A stretch of DNA of 62,313 nt from a virus: IMG/VR virus record IMGVR_UViG_3300025261_000001, one strand, 5' to 3'. How positions within the stretch are numbered: position 1 is the stretch's first letter; each line of letters opens with the position of its first letter. The notes below the pieces were generated by a model, which worked only from the letters and a program-made list of their open reading frames with translations, made no database searches and was not told the origin of the DNA. Positions 34,600-44,633 of the stretch are shown here, piece after piece. The position numbers were made by a program, and so were the translations under genes.

Positions 34600-35363
34600 T
34601 GGCCGCTAATCAACTTGGCATAGACACACCTGCACCTTATCGAAGCTTAGGCCAGTTCGGCTATAGCTCGGGCGCAGGTATGCAGACGTTCGGTGCAGAC
34701 GGTGCTTTCGTGGCCCAGACGTCTATGTCTATCGATAAAGGCGGTATGCGTGGTCTAGGTCTGCTAGCCATGGCTATCGCAGAATACGAATTAAAGTCCA
34801 AGGCGATTGATTTAGCGCAGGACTACTACAACTTAAATAAGCAGGACTACGCGTTCTTCCAGAGCACGCATCAAGGGCCAATTTCACAGACCGCCCAAGA
34901 AGCAATGTCCTCGACGACGAATCCTACTTATAACTACGACTACTATGCGTCCGCTCCGGGCGGTATCGCGAGCGTACTAGCCAATACAGAACGCCAGTGG
35001 TTTGAGTCACGTCGCCGCACGTCAAAGTATAATATCGGCGTCCAACGCCGACTTGACTACGACATGGCGGTGGCTCGCGCACATACTGTCATCGCAGGCT
35101 GGAACGCAGGTAGTCGCTACGAACTTAATTGGGCCGATGCCCACAATAACCGTGCTAACGACCGCAAGTTGGCTGTAGCTAATATCGGTCTAGGTATCGG
35201 CGCGATTGTCCGCCAAGGTATGGCCGCAAGTGTGACGCGGCTCGCTAGTAGCTACGACGCTATTGGCGATACCGTGGCAAGCATCGGTAATGGCTTTGCA
35301 GCGCACGCTGGCTATCAAGATGGCCGCGACAATACAAGAACCCGTATAAACGGAGTCGGCTAA
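34599..35363 (+). CDS. Hypothetical internal-virion-type protein (tandem paralogue B)
   Basis: Start at ATG 34599 (TAATG coupling). ...AQDYYNLNKQDYAFFQSTHQG... and ...LAVANIGLGIGAIV...ASIGNGFAAHAGYQDG. Confidence 0.6.
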   Translation: MAANQLGIDTPAPYRSLGQFGYSSGAGMQTFGADGAFVAQTSMSIDKGGMRGLGLLAMAIAEYELKSKAIDLAQDYYNLNKQDYAFFQSTHQGPISQTAQEAMSSTTNPTYNYDYYASAPGGIASVLANTERQWFESRRRTSKYNIGVQRRLDYDMAVARAHTVIAGWNAGSRYELNWADAHNNRANDRKLAVANIGLGIGAIVRQGMAASVTRLASSYDAIGDTVASIGNGFAAHAGYQDGRDNTRTRINGVG

Positions 35364-36217
35364 TGGCACGTCAAGTATACTTCGACCCATTCGGGCGCTA
35401 CACCGAGGGTTACGATCAAGGCACCGGGCGTGAGCTACAGGTGCAGCGTGAGGGTCGCCAGAACCGGCTGGAAGACTACCAGTACAATAACTTTCTACCT
35501 TTGCAGCTTCGCAATCAGCAGCGCGAAGATACATTAGGTCAGGCAATTTTGCCGTACCGTATTGCCGCTGCACCGCTTAGTTATGAAGATCAGCGCCAGC
35601 AGCTATTCTCGCGCCAGCTTGGTAACGACTATGGCGTATCGCGGTTATTCGGTTTAGGTACACCGGCTGCGGCGCATGTCGCAGACTTCTATGGCTTTCA
35701 CTATGCCCCGGGCGCTAATGGTCAGGTAAACTGGACCGATAATCAAGGTACACCTATTGGTGCTACAGGCGACATTAATAGTACCGTCTATAATGACGCA
35801 AACTATGAACGTGCGATGCAGCAGCAAGCTGCCGCGTTACAGCGCTTGGGTGTAGTTAGTAATATTGAAGATCGGCGTTACTTGCTGCCGTATCAGGCTG
35901 GACAGATTAATGCGCAGATCGGCTATTTGGGAAACCATGGTGACTACTTCGCTAATGGTGGCGCAGCCGGTGCGCGTGCAGCTAATCGACCGCCATTAAG
36001 CACGTATGGGGCTAACTCCGCTGTATTCGGCTGGCCCGGTATGGGCGCACAACCCCAAGGCGGTCAGGGTAATCAAGGTGGTCAGGGCGCAACTCCGCAG
36101 AATACAACCGGCCAGCTACCGGCCTACGGTGGACAGAGCTACTACGCACCTAACCCGGCGTATGATGCTTTCCGTGTACCACAGGTAAATACTAATGATG
36201 GGGACTTAGACCAGTAA
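35363..36217 (+). CDS. Gln/Gly/Asn-rich hypothetical virion protein
   Basis: 284 aa with a low-complexity tail PQGGQGNQGGQGATPQNTTGQ. Confidence 0.6.
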   Translation: MARQVYFDPFGRYTEGYDQGTGRELQVQREGRQNRLEDYQYNNFLPLQLRNQQREDTLGQAILPYRIAAAPLSYEDQRQQLFSRQLGNDYGVSRLFGLGTPAAAHVADFYGFHYAPGANGQVNWTDNQGTPIGATGDINSTVYNDANYERAMQQQAAALQRLGVVSNIEDRRYLLPYQAGQINAQIGYLGNHGDYFANGGAAGARAANRPPLSTYGANSAVFGWPGMGAQPQGGQGNQGGQGATPQNTTGQLPAYGGQSYYAPNPAYDAFRVPQVNTNDGDLDQ

Positions 36218-36945
36218 TGGCTGACCCTATCCTAGATGCCACTAATGCCGCGAACTTCGGATTAGGCCCTAAGCCTGACCCGCAGCAAGACGCGCCCATG
36301 GTGGCTAACCCCAACGCAAGTTCGTTGCCGGATGAATATGCGCCGCCAACGATGCCTAATAATGTAATTCAACTGCCGCAGTTAATGCGTAATAAGTATT
36401 TTGCAACTGAGGTTGAACCAGATGCAGTACAAAACGCACAGCAGTTTGAAGGTACACGCAATCTCCTTACGAACATTATCAAGCAGAAAGAATCGACCGG
36501 TAATTACCAAGCGGTTAATACTGAGAAGGTTGGCAATACCGCTAGCGGTGCATATCAGTATACCGACAGTACATGGAATAATTACGGCGGTTATCCAAAG
36601 GCTGCATTAGCGCCTAAAGAAGTACAAGACCGTAGGTTCCAAGAAGACATTACAAACCGACTCGCTAAATACAATGGCGACCCATACAAGGCGATAGCTG
36701 AGCACTACTTACCCGCGCTAGCTAGCGATCCGACAAAGTGGAATCAGTCGTTTCGCGTGCGTGGCAGGACTGTTCAACCCGTCCTCAACTATGTACGATA
36801 TGTGGTCAAGGGCACACCCTTAGAGGCTGGACTAGATGATTACCTCGTTCAACAACATCAACAGCCCATTGGTAGCCCCCACGGGTCCGGTGTCGTTGCG
36901 CAACAACCAACGAATGGGGTCGGAGTTACAGGTCCAACTAGCTAA
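36217..36945 (+). CDS. Virion-associated lytic transglycosylase (SLT domain)
   Basis: 242 aa. IIKQKESTGNYQAVN...GNTASGAYQYTDSTWNNYGG matches the SLT E-S...A.G.yQ signature. Confidence 0.65.
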   Translation: MADPILDATNAANFGLGPKPDPQQDAPMVANPNASSLPDEYAPPTMPNNVIQLPQLMRNKYFATEVEPDAVQNAQQFEGTRNLLTNIIKQKESTGNYQAVNTEKVGNTASGAYQYTDSTWNNYGGYPKAALAPKEVQDRRFQEDITNRLAKYNGDPYKAIAEHYLPALASDPTKWNQSFRVRGRTVQPVLNYVRYVVKGTPLEAGLDDYLVQQHQQPIGSPHGSGVVAQQPTNGVGVTGPTS

Positions 36946-37216
36946 GTTTGGTGTAATGCGTGAGGAAGCTAAGGAAGGCACTCATAATACGGCTAGCTTC
37001 TTTGGGCTTAGTAAACAGGGTAGTGATTTCAAAGAATCATTTCCGAACGATATTAGTTCCCTGACCAATGAACCTGATATGCGCTTAGCGCAATTCGTGC
37101 CTTCGGGAACACAGACGACTAACTTACTGCAAACAGTTCCATACGGTAAGAAGTTGTCGATGAAAGACCCTAAGACGATCAAGGCGTACTTAAGAAAATT
37201 GTTGGAGTCCATCTAA
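36836..37216 (+). CDS. Hypothetical protein (start uncertain)
   Basis: 126-aa track ORF. ATG 36836 has GAGG 9 nt upstream but overlaps the SLT gene by 110 nt. Alternative ATGs at 36914 and 36956 lack an SD. Confidence 0.45.
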   Translation: MITSFNNINSPLVAPTGPVSLRNNQRMGSELQVQLAKFGVMREEAKEGTHNTASFFGLSKQGSDFKESFPNDISSLTNEPDMRLAQFVPSGTQTTNLLQTVPYGKKLSMKDPKTIKAYLRKLLESI

Positions 37217-37217
37217 T

Positions 37218-40200
37218 ATGGCTGACGGATTATCGGCATTCGGCTTACCGCCGCAGCAGAACGCACCCCCGTTACCGCCGCCCGCGCCTGTCCAACCGAA
37301 CTACCCAATAGCAGCCCCCGGCACAGTCGATGCGGGGGCTTCGCCGTTTATGGGTCAACGGTTACCGCCTGCCGCGAGCGTACCTCCGTTACCCCCGGCT
37401 CCGCCCGTCGCTACTGCGCCAACTAATAATGGGCCGCGCGGTTTAGGTACGCCGCCTGCACAGGATGAACCGCACCCGCTGACACTGCCCGAAGCTTTGC
37501 AGCAGTGGGCACAGGTCAATGGTCGCAAGCCTACGGCTGATGAATTCGACCAGATTGCTAATGACTATCGCACTAATACTTTCGTGCCTACAATCACGAA
37601 GCTAAAGGGTGTAAAGTCAGATGCTATTAAGGCCGAAGAAGCTTCGTTCGATAACCAAGTACAGCAAGTCCGTAATCAACTTTATCCGGCTCCCCCGCCG
37701 AGTGCTGGCGGCACCGCTGGTAATATAGCGCTGTCTGCGGGCCAGCAATTCGGCGGACGCCTACTCAATAACGCAGCGCAGGTATTCGGTTTAGCTGGTG
37801 GTGGTTTAGCTGGTGGTGCTGCGGAATTAGGTGTTCCGGGCGCAGCGGCTTTACGTGACTATCTGTTCCGTGGCGTCGATCCTAATGCCAAGGGCAGTGG
37901 CATGACGGACGATCAGGCCGTACAAGCAGCTTTACAGCGTACAGGTGCCGATAAGCATTTGAATGATCCGCGTTTTGCTGGGTTGATTCAGGAAATTACA
38001 CAGCGCGCGATTGCTAATAACCATCCTGACGATAGCGCCAGCTATACCACAAATCAGTGGATGAACGCAGCCCACCAACGCAGCCCATCCGGTGCAGTAA
38101 TTGGTGACGTAGCTGCATTCGTGCCGCAGACTTTATTAGGTCCGGGTGGCGTAGCTATCGCATCTGCGGCTCCTTCGGGTAATACTGCTGAACAGCAGCT
38201 TGGTCAGGGTCAGCAATTAAGTCCGGTCTTAAAGCAGTTCGCTGTAGATAGTGGACTTAATCTGCTACTGACTAAGCTTGCACCGGGCTATGGTAAGTCA
38301 CTACTATCCAAGATTCTCACAGGTGCAGGTATCGGTGTCGGTACAGGTGTAGCACAGCAGACTTTAGACGCTCAGGTTAATCCCGAAGCGAATAAGTCGC
38401 CTACACTTGAAGACTTAATGAATCCGCAGACGGCGACGCAAGCAGGTATCGGCGCACTACTGGCCGCACTGCACGGCGGCGCGGCTACACCTATCCTCAA
38501 TAAGCTCCGCAGCAAGTCCGCAGAGGCCCCGGCTAGCGCGCCTGCCGCCGAGACGGCCCCGAACGCTACCCCTGCCGAGGGTGCAACGCCTGCCGCCGCG
38601 CAGGCCCCGGCACAAGCCCCCAGCACGGCCCCGGCTGACCGCTGGACGGCTGCAATGCAGGACGCACCGGAGCAGGGTTTAGCAGACGCAGATTTCGCTA
38701 AGCAGTCCAAGGCTACGCTTTCTGACTTTAACCAGAAGGCTAAGCTCTATGCGTCTACGGTTAAGAATAGCAAGACACCAGAAGCGGTTGTGGATAACGC
38801 CACGGCGCTCGCTTCGCGTAACCCCGCATGGGCAGATATGTCCGGCGAGCAGCGCGCCACGCTGGTAGGTGACTTGGCTACCACGCTGGGCAAGAAGGCT
38901 GGCGTGAAACCTGATGCTATCTCGGATCACTTAGCATCGTTACAAGGCGCACCTACGGAAGCTGCACCTACGGCGGAAGCTCCTACCGCAGAGGCTACAC
39001 CGCCTGAACAGGCTGCACCTACGGCACAAGCTCCGCTGGCAGAAACGCCGACGCCGCCCGAGTTGCAGGGTCAACAGCCTACCGTTAATAAAGTCGCAGT
39101 CGATCCGCTCAAGGGTGCCGCTGACCAATTAAGTGCATATTTAAGTGGTGACCAGACGGCTGTACCGGATCAAGTTAAGACCAGTCCGATCTACCAAGCC
39201 TTGCAGGGTGCGGGATTAAAGTCTTCGGATGAAGTCATCAATGTACTGCGTAAGTTCAATGATGATGGCTCAGTTAAGCCGACTGCCGAAGTAACAGGTA
39301 CCAAGCTCGCTGGTAATCGCTTAAAGAAGGGCGGTGCAGCTAAGACCGCTAACCAACAGATTGACGATCAACACAGTGCCGTCGCAAGCACTGTGGCGGA
39401 AGCTTTGTCTGATAAGTCTACGCCGACTGACACCGCTAATAAGCTCAAGGCTACAGCCAAGGGCATTAGCCAGAAGCGCTATAATCAGGAATATCTGAGT
39501 GCGCTGATGAATGATGGTGCGCCGACACAATCGGAAGCGAAGTACCGCAACGATCCTAGCTTTACCGAAGCTCGTGCCGCACTGCGTAAGGGTGAGATTA
39601 CCTCGCCTGACCAGTTAGGTGATTGGCTCAAAGCCCACCGCGCCACAAGTGAAGGTACCTCATTCGGGGAGCAGGCTCAGGCGATTACGCCGGACAACAA
39701 TAACAAACAGATGGGCGCTCTGTTAGGGGCTAAGTCCGTTAAGGCTGATGCGGTAGTAGCACGTAAACATGCGCGTGATGTGCATGACGCATTAGTTAAG
39801 CTGGGCGAAGACTCTAAGACCATTAAGTCGATGACGCTGGGCGATGCTCAGAAGATGCTGCAACGCCGTCTTAATGGGGACATTGGTGCCGAGCCGCTTC
39901 CCGAACCTACTAAGCCGCTTAAGTCCACAAAAACTAAGGCTGCAAAAGCACCGGCGGCAGAGGCTCCCGCTAGTGTAGACCCTTTAGAACAAAGCCTCCG
40001 CGAAAGGCTGGGCGATAAGCTCAGCCTAAAGGCTACGAGCGAGCTATACGATCATGTAGCCGACGCGCGTGGAGGCGGTGATGCAGGTAACCTATATGAC
40101 AATATCACGGGCCTGTTAGAGTCTGGTGATATTACCAAGGATGATGCTAAGTGGTTACGCAAGCTTGGCAAGGGCGATAGCGTCAATGATTTAATTGAGA

Positions 40201-43200
40201 ACAATGCAAGTGGCGAATCGTCTGCCTCGCTGGAAGCTCAACGCCGTCTAGCCGATGAAAAGGAAAAGGGCCAGACCCGCGCCGTGATCGGCAGGGATGG
40301 TAAGGTGCGCGCCTTGCATGGCGTCGATGCCGTGGATACTCACGCCCGTCCCGGCGAAGTCATCGTACAGCGCAATATCGGTAAGGATCGCTGGACCGTA
40401 CTTAGCCATGGCGACGATCTTGGTAAGGACGTGGTTGAGGGTAAAGTCAACCGGGCTAAGTCTGACTTGGAAGACTTGCACAATGGCGTAGAAACCGGTT
40501 TCGCAGGTGAGGACGACCATACCCCGTTCGGTGAACACACCCTCAACATGGATGATGTCGAGGAAATTAATGACTTCCGTGATGCCGCCCGTGGCGGAGA
40601 AAAGCTGACCGAAGAACGTACCGCTCCGCTCCAAGTGAAGCGCGAAGTTAATAAGGTTATCGAAGGTATCCAAAAGGGTGACACCGCGCAGGAAGCCGGT
40701 GAGAAGTTATCTGCGCTCAAGGATAAGTTAGAGCAGCGTCGCATGGAACAGCTTCTACGCGAAGCACAGCGTGAAAAGCAGCGTGGGCCGGACTATATCC
40801 GTTCGCGTCTGTATAAGATGATTTCGGATAATCTTACCCCGCTGGGCGAGAATGACCACGTAAAGGCCGGTGACTTTGCTAACTGGCTACTGGAAAAGAA
40901 TCCGAGTCTCGGCAACGATCTTGGTATCAGTATCCATCAGATGAAGGGTGCAGCGGGTAGCTATGATCCATTAAGTCGTATTCTACATTTAAATTCGCAG
41001 GACATTAACCCCGGTACAGCCGTACATGAATTGCTGCATGCGTCCGAACAGTTAATGCCCAAGGAATTGCAGGATAAGATTCGTGCAGAGTACATCGCAC
41101 GTCTGGGTAATAAGCTTAAGCAGGCTACAGCAGATGGTAATCGCTGGGCCAAGCTTTACTTACAGTCGGCCATGCACAACTATGTTAACCCTAACGCGGA
41201 AGCGCGTCGGGTAATGAATACCATCTTGCAAAAGTATCGAAGCGAAGTCCCGGTAAAGGATTACTACAAATACTATGATCCGTCCGAGTATTTCGCAAAT
41301 GAAGGTACAGATATCCTGTCCCGTAAGTTTGAGAATAATGGCTGGGTAGGTAAGGCCAAGGAATGGATGAACGAAATGGTTCAGCACTTAAAGAACCTTT
41401 TCGGCTGGGATAATAGCTCGGCAGTATATAAGGGTATCAAGAATGCACTTAACACCGAAGGCGGTGAGCGTAGCAGTGGCATGCTTAGTCGTCGTGGTCC
41501 GGCTCGCGATGTCGAAGGAGGTGCGGCAGATGATGCCAACCGATTTCAAGACATTAACGACGAGGGTGAAGGCTCGGAAGGCGAAGCCGAACCCACTCAA
41601 GAAAAGTTAGGCTATGAGCCTACTGAGAAGGTAAGTGACGATGCTTATCTCTCAACCAAGACGCCCAAAGAACAAGCCGTAGAAGCGAAGGCTGATGCGA
41701 AGGAACGCATTCAGAGCCAAGGTAAAGTAGGTAATGGTCAACGCTTCTGGGAACAGGTAGCGAAGGCTGACTACGGCCTCGAAAAAGCCATGCAGGAGTA
41801 TCGTGGTAAGGGCATTGAAGTAACGCCCGAGAATAACGTAGATGATGCTTCCTACACGAAGAATGGTCTGACAAACGAATATACTAACCGTGACTTCGAT
41901 GAAGTGGTCGCGCCGGTAGACGATTATTTGTCGAAGAACTGGTCTAAGTTCGCCAAGAATAAGGGCGCATTCTTAGATGACTTAAATACGTTCTTCGGCA
42001 ATATGAACTTTATCGAGCGCATGAAGTCGGATCACTTGGAGAATGCGCCGCTCAACAACGGTGCAGAGATTGACCGCGCCGAAGTCTTAGAGAAGGTAGC
42101 AAGCGGCGATCTTGACCCGGCCAAGGGTCGCGCCGAACTGCAACGCCTGATGGCTAATAATGGCTCGATCACATGGGATGATTGGGCACGCCAACAGAAG
42201 GTGCCGGTGGATGAGATTCAAGCTACGCTCAAGCAGTTAAAGGCACGCGGCTACGATGAGAAGTCGATGGCCGACTTAAATGGTATGCTCGATAATGTCC
42301 GTGACCGCCAGCGTTCGCGCCTTGAAGGCGCAGGCTTGGTAGCTAAGGATGACCCGTGGACGAAGTTCTATGGATGGAAGTGGTATGTACCGCTTAAGGG
42401 TTCACCGGAAGATGTATTAAGTAATAACTTTGACCTTGCTTCGCGGCAGGGTAGCTTGCGCGTACTTAATGCCCAGCTACAGGCGATGGAAGGTCGTAAG
42501 ACAGAAGGCGAGCGCCCATTTAGCCGTCTGTTCGTAGACACGAGCCGCGCCGCCGAGCGCCACGCTCACAGCTATTTCCTCGACCGTGTGTACAACTTGG
42601 CAGCGGAACATGGCAAAGAGATTGGCGCTAAGATTTATCCGTTTGAAGGCCGTCCGCGTGATGGCTATACCAACGAGAATGGTGACCACTTTGCCGAACT
42701 ACGCGCCCCTAAGAATGGCGTTATTGTGCACGATGGTAATCAGCATTACGTCATCACTCTGCCGAAGGATAGTCAGTTACTTCGCGGACTCGTGCAGATG
42801 AATAATGTGGAAGCGCCGAACGCATTAGATCGTATCGCAGGTAAGGGAACGCATATTCTCTCGCGCCTGTATACGACCGTGCATCCGGCGTGGCAGACAT
42901 TCTCAGGTTTTGCGCGTGACTTAACCTACACTCCGATTACACTGGCAGCAACTAAGTTTAGCAATCCTTTAGAGGCCATCCCGTTCTGGAATAAGTACAG
43001 TAAGAACGTACTGCAAGCCTACGGCGCACTGCCCGATATGATCCCGACTTTATTGGGTAAGCATAATGCGCTCCGCGCTAAGGGCGAAGCCGATCCGCAA
43101 AGCTGGGCTGGCTGGACACAGCGTTATATGGCCGCAGGCGGTAGCAATGCCTTTAGTCATGTATTCGATGTAAAGTCGCTGGAAAACACATTCACCAATA

Positions 43201-44561
43201 AGCTCAAGGATACCCGCCCCGGTGTGGATGGTGTCGTAGACATAGGTAAGTGGGGTTGGGAGCAGGTATTAAAGTATACAGGTAACTATGCTAACTTTAT
43301 GGAAGCAATCCCCCGTGTCGCGGCTTTCCGTACACTGGTGGAAGGTGGTGCATCCGAACACGACGCGGCCACGCAAGTTCGTAAGCTGCTGGACTACAGC
43401 CAGTCCGGCATTAAGGGCCGTCGCATCAATTCGTGGTTAGCGTTCTTCCGAGTCGGTGCTACGGGCGTGGATGCCATGCGACGCGCTTTCACTAAGCCGA
43501 CAGGCGGGTTTGACTACGCTAAGGCGGCTAAGTGGCAGACGTTCATGGCGGCGCTGGGTGCGGTAGGCTACATGACCGCTAACATGATGCTGGGTAAGGA
43601 TGACGATGGCATAGATCGCATTGCTAAGCTCAAGCCTGAAACTATCGGCACTAAGATTTTGATCCCGCTGCCCGGTGGAAAGATCGGCGGTATCAGTCTG
43701 GGTCTAGGCTTACCTCAGATCATGCTGAGTGTCGGTGCGCTGGGTGCGGCGTTCGCTAACGGCCACCAGTCGGCAGAGGACGCCGGGAAGGCGTATCTAT
43801 CGATCTTGGCGCGTAACTCGGCCCTGTCCCCCGGGGGTATCAAGGACGCAACGCCGACGAACGTGGTGAGCGCCCTGCTGGGTTCCTTCGTGCCTACGGT
43901 AGCGCGCCCGCTGGTGGACGTGGCGACCAATACCAATAGCTTCGGTACTAGCATCCACAACGACAGCCCCAACTCCAAGGCATACCACTCCGACCAAGGC
44001 CGGGGTACTACGCCTAAAGAGTACAAGGAAATGGCGAACTTCCTGCGCCAAGTAACGGGCGGGACAGTGGACTACTACCCGGAAGACATTAGATACCTGA
44101 TTCAGAACTACGGCGGTCAGTGGGGCACGGACATTATGAAGATGATCGTGTCTGACCCCAATAAAGCGGCTGGTGCAGGCGAAGAACCTAATAGGCTCGC
44201 TAGCCACTTTATCGTGAATGATGGTCAGTTCTATATGCAAGACCAGTTGTACAAGACGCTCGATAATCTTGGCGACTCGGTTAAGCGATATAACCACATT
44301 GTAACGCAAGCTCAAGCCGATGGTGCTGACAAAGACCAAGCCAAGGCGCAAGCGCAACAGGTACTTAATCGTGATAGCGCCATGCGTAACGAGGTGTCGG
44401 CGTACGGTACACTTCAACAGGCGGTCAAGCAGTACAACCAAGGCTTGAATGATCTACGCCAGAATAAGCTTGCTAGTGACCAACGTAAGCAGCTTGTACG
44501 TAAACAGCTTGATAGCCAGCTACGTCAAGCTCTGACACGCGCCCAAGCCGTAGAACAGTAA
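37218..44561 (+). CDS. Giant multidomain virion/ejection protein with an HExxH zincin motif
   Basis: 2447 aa. Pro/Ala-rich N-terminus. Gly/Ala-rich hydrophobic (TM-like) segments around aa 170-440 and 2080-2160. Ala/Pro/Thr/Glu linkers. HELLH at aa 1270-1274 (nt 41025..41039) in the context GTAVHELLHASEQ. Confidence 0.7.
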   Translation: MADGLSAFGLPPQQNAPPLPPPAPVQPNYPIAAPGTVDAGASPFMGQRLPPAASVPPLPPAPPVATAPTNNGPRGLGTPPAQDEPHPLTLPEALQQWAQVNGRKPTADEFDQIANDYRTNTFVPTITKLKGVKSDAIKAEEASFDNQVQQVRNQLYPAPPPSAGGTAGNIALSAGQQFGGRLLNNAAQVFGLAGGGLAGGAAELGVPGAAALRDYLFRGVDPNAKGSGMTDDQAVQAALQRTGADKHLNDPRFAGLIQEITQRAIANNHPDDSASYTTNQWMNAAHQRSPSGAVIGDVAAFVPQTLLGPGGVAIASAAPSGNTAEQQLGQGQQLSPVLKQFAVDSGLNLLLTKLAPGYGKSLLSKILTGAGIGVGTGVAQQTLDAQVNPEANKSPTLEDLMNPQTATQAGIGALLAALHGGAATPILNKLRSKSAEAPASAPAAETAPNATPAEGATPAAAQAPAQAPSTAPADRWTAAMQDAPEQGLADADFAKQSKATLSDFNQKAKLYASTVKNSKTPEAVVDNATALASRNPAWADMSGEQRATLVGDLATTLGKKAGVKPDAISDHLASLQGAPTEAAPTAEAPTAEATPPEQAAPTAQAPLAETPTPPELQGQQPTVNKVAVDPLKGAADQLSAYLSGDQTAVPDQVKTSPIYQALQGAGLKSSDEVINVLRKFNDDGSVKPTAEVTGTKLAGNRLKKGGAAKTANQQIDDQHSAVASTVAEALSDKSTPTDTANKLKATAKGISQKRYNQEYLSALMNDGAPTQSEAKYRNDPSFTEARAALRKGEITSPDQLGDWLKAHRATSEGTSFGEQAQAITPDNNNKQMGALLGAKSVKADAVVARKHARDVHDALVKLGEDSKTIKSMTLGDAQKMLQRRLNGDIGAEPLPEPTKPLKSTKTKAAKAPAAEAPASVDPLEQSLRERLGDKLSLKATSELYDHVADARGGGDAGNLYDNITGLLESGDITKDDAKWLRKLGKGDSVNDLIENNASGESSASLEAQRRLADEKEKGQTRAVIGRDGKVRALHGVDAVDTHARPGEVIVQRNIGKDRWTVLSHGDDLGKDVVEGKVNRAKSDLEDLHNGVETGFAGEDDHTPFGEHTLNMDDVEEINDFRDAARGGEKLTEERTAPLQVKREVNKVIEGIQKGDTAQEAGEKLSALKDKLEQRRMEQLLREAQREKQRGPDYIRSRLYKMISDNLTPLGENDHVKAGDFANWLLEKNPSLGNDLGISIHQMKGAAGSYDPLSRILHLNSQDINPGTAVHELLHASEQLMPKELQDKIRAEYIARLGNKLKQATADGNRWAKLYLQSAMHNYVNPNAEARRVMNTILQKYRSEVPVKDYYKYYDPSEYFANEGTDILSRKFENNGWVGKAKEWMNEMVQHLKNLFGWDNSSAVYKGIKNALNTEGGERSSGMLSRRGPARDVEGGAADDANRFQDINDEGEGSEGEAEPTQEKLGYEPTEKVSDDAYLSTKTPKEQAVEAKADAKERIQSQGKVGNGQRFWEQVAKADYGLEKAMQEYRGKGIEVTPENNVDDASYTKNGLTNEYTNRDFDEVVAPVDDYLSKNWSKFAKNKGAFLDDLNTFFGNMNFIERMKSDHLENAPLNNGAEIDRAEVLEKVASGDLDPAKGRAELQRLMANNGSITWDDWARQQKVPVDEIQATLKQLKARGYDEKSMADLNGMLDNVRDRQRSRLEGAGLVAKDDPWTKFYGWKWYVPLKGSPEDVLSNNFDLASRQGSLRVLNAQLQAMEGRKTEGERPFSRLFVDTSRAAERHAHSYFLDRVYNLAAEHGKEIGAKIYPFEGRPRDGYTNENGDHFAELRAPKNGVIVHDGNQHYVITLPKDSQLLRGLVQMNNVEAPNALDRIAGKGTHILSRLYTTVHPAWQTFSGFARDLTYTPITLAATKFSNPLEAIPFWNKYSKNVLQAYGALPDMIPTLLGKHNALRAKGEADPQSWAGWTQRYMAAGGSNAFSHVFDVKSLENTFTNKLKDTRPGVDGVVDIGKWGWEQVLKYTGNYANFMEAIPRVAAFRTLVEGGASEHDAATQVRKLLDYSQSGIKGRRINSWLAFFRVGATGVDAMRRAFTKPTGGFDYAKAAKWQTFMAALGAVGYMTANMMLGKDDDGIDRIAKLKPETIGTKILIPLPGGKIGGISLGLGLPQIMLSVGALGAAFANGHQSAEDAGKAYLSILARNSALSPGGIKDATPTNVVSALLGSFVPTVARPLVDVATNTNSFGTSIHNDSPNSKAYHSDQGRGTTPKEYKEMANFLRQVTGGTVDYYPEDIRYLIQNYGGQWGTDIMKMIVSDPNKAAGAGEEPNRLASHFIVNDGQFYMQDQLYKTLDNLGDSVKRYNHIVTQAQADGADKDQAKAQAQQVLNRDSAMRNEVSAYGTLQQAVKQYNQGLNDLRQNKLASDQRKQLVRKQLDSQLRQALTRAQAVEQ

Positions 44562-44570
44562 ACAAAAAGA

Positions 44571-44597
44571 GGCCCGGTAGTGGTTAGCTACCGGGCC
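44571..44597. terminator. Convergent-arm hairpin terminator
   Basis: 10-bp perfect stem ggcccggtag/ctaccgggcc with a 7-nt loop, between the last + gene and the last - gene. A U-tract (TCTTTTTGTTT) is present only for the - strand transcript. Confidence 0.6.
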
Positions 44598-44633
44598 TAA
44601 ACGCAGGCGCTACACCTGCCGCAAGTGATTCTG

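Noticed and set aside
38372-44441. Numerous 60-214-aa - strand ORFs inside the giant gene (for example 43797..44441 and 40248..40744).
   Set aside because: All lie antisense within a continuous 7.3-kb ORF. They have no SD and skewed composition.
37218-44561. Giant protein as an N4-like or crAss-like virion RNA polymerase.
   Set aside because: Reading the sequence, I found no DxDGD-type double-psi beta-barrel motif and no T7-like polymerase motif. The only clear catalytic signature is HExxH. This remains untested without profile searches.
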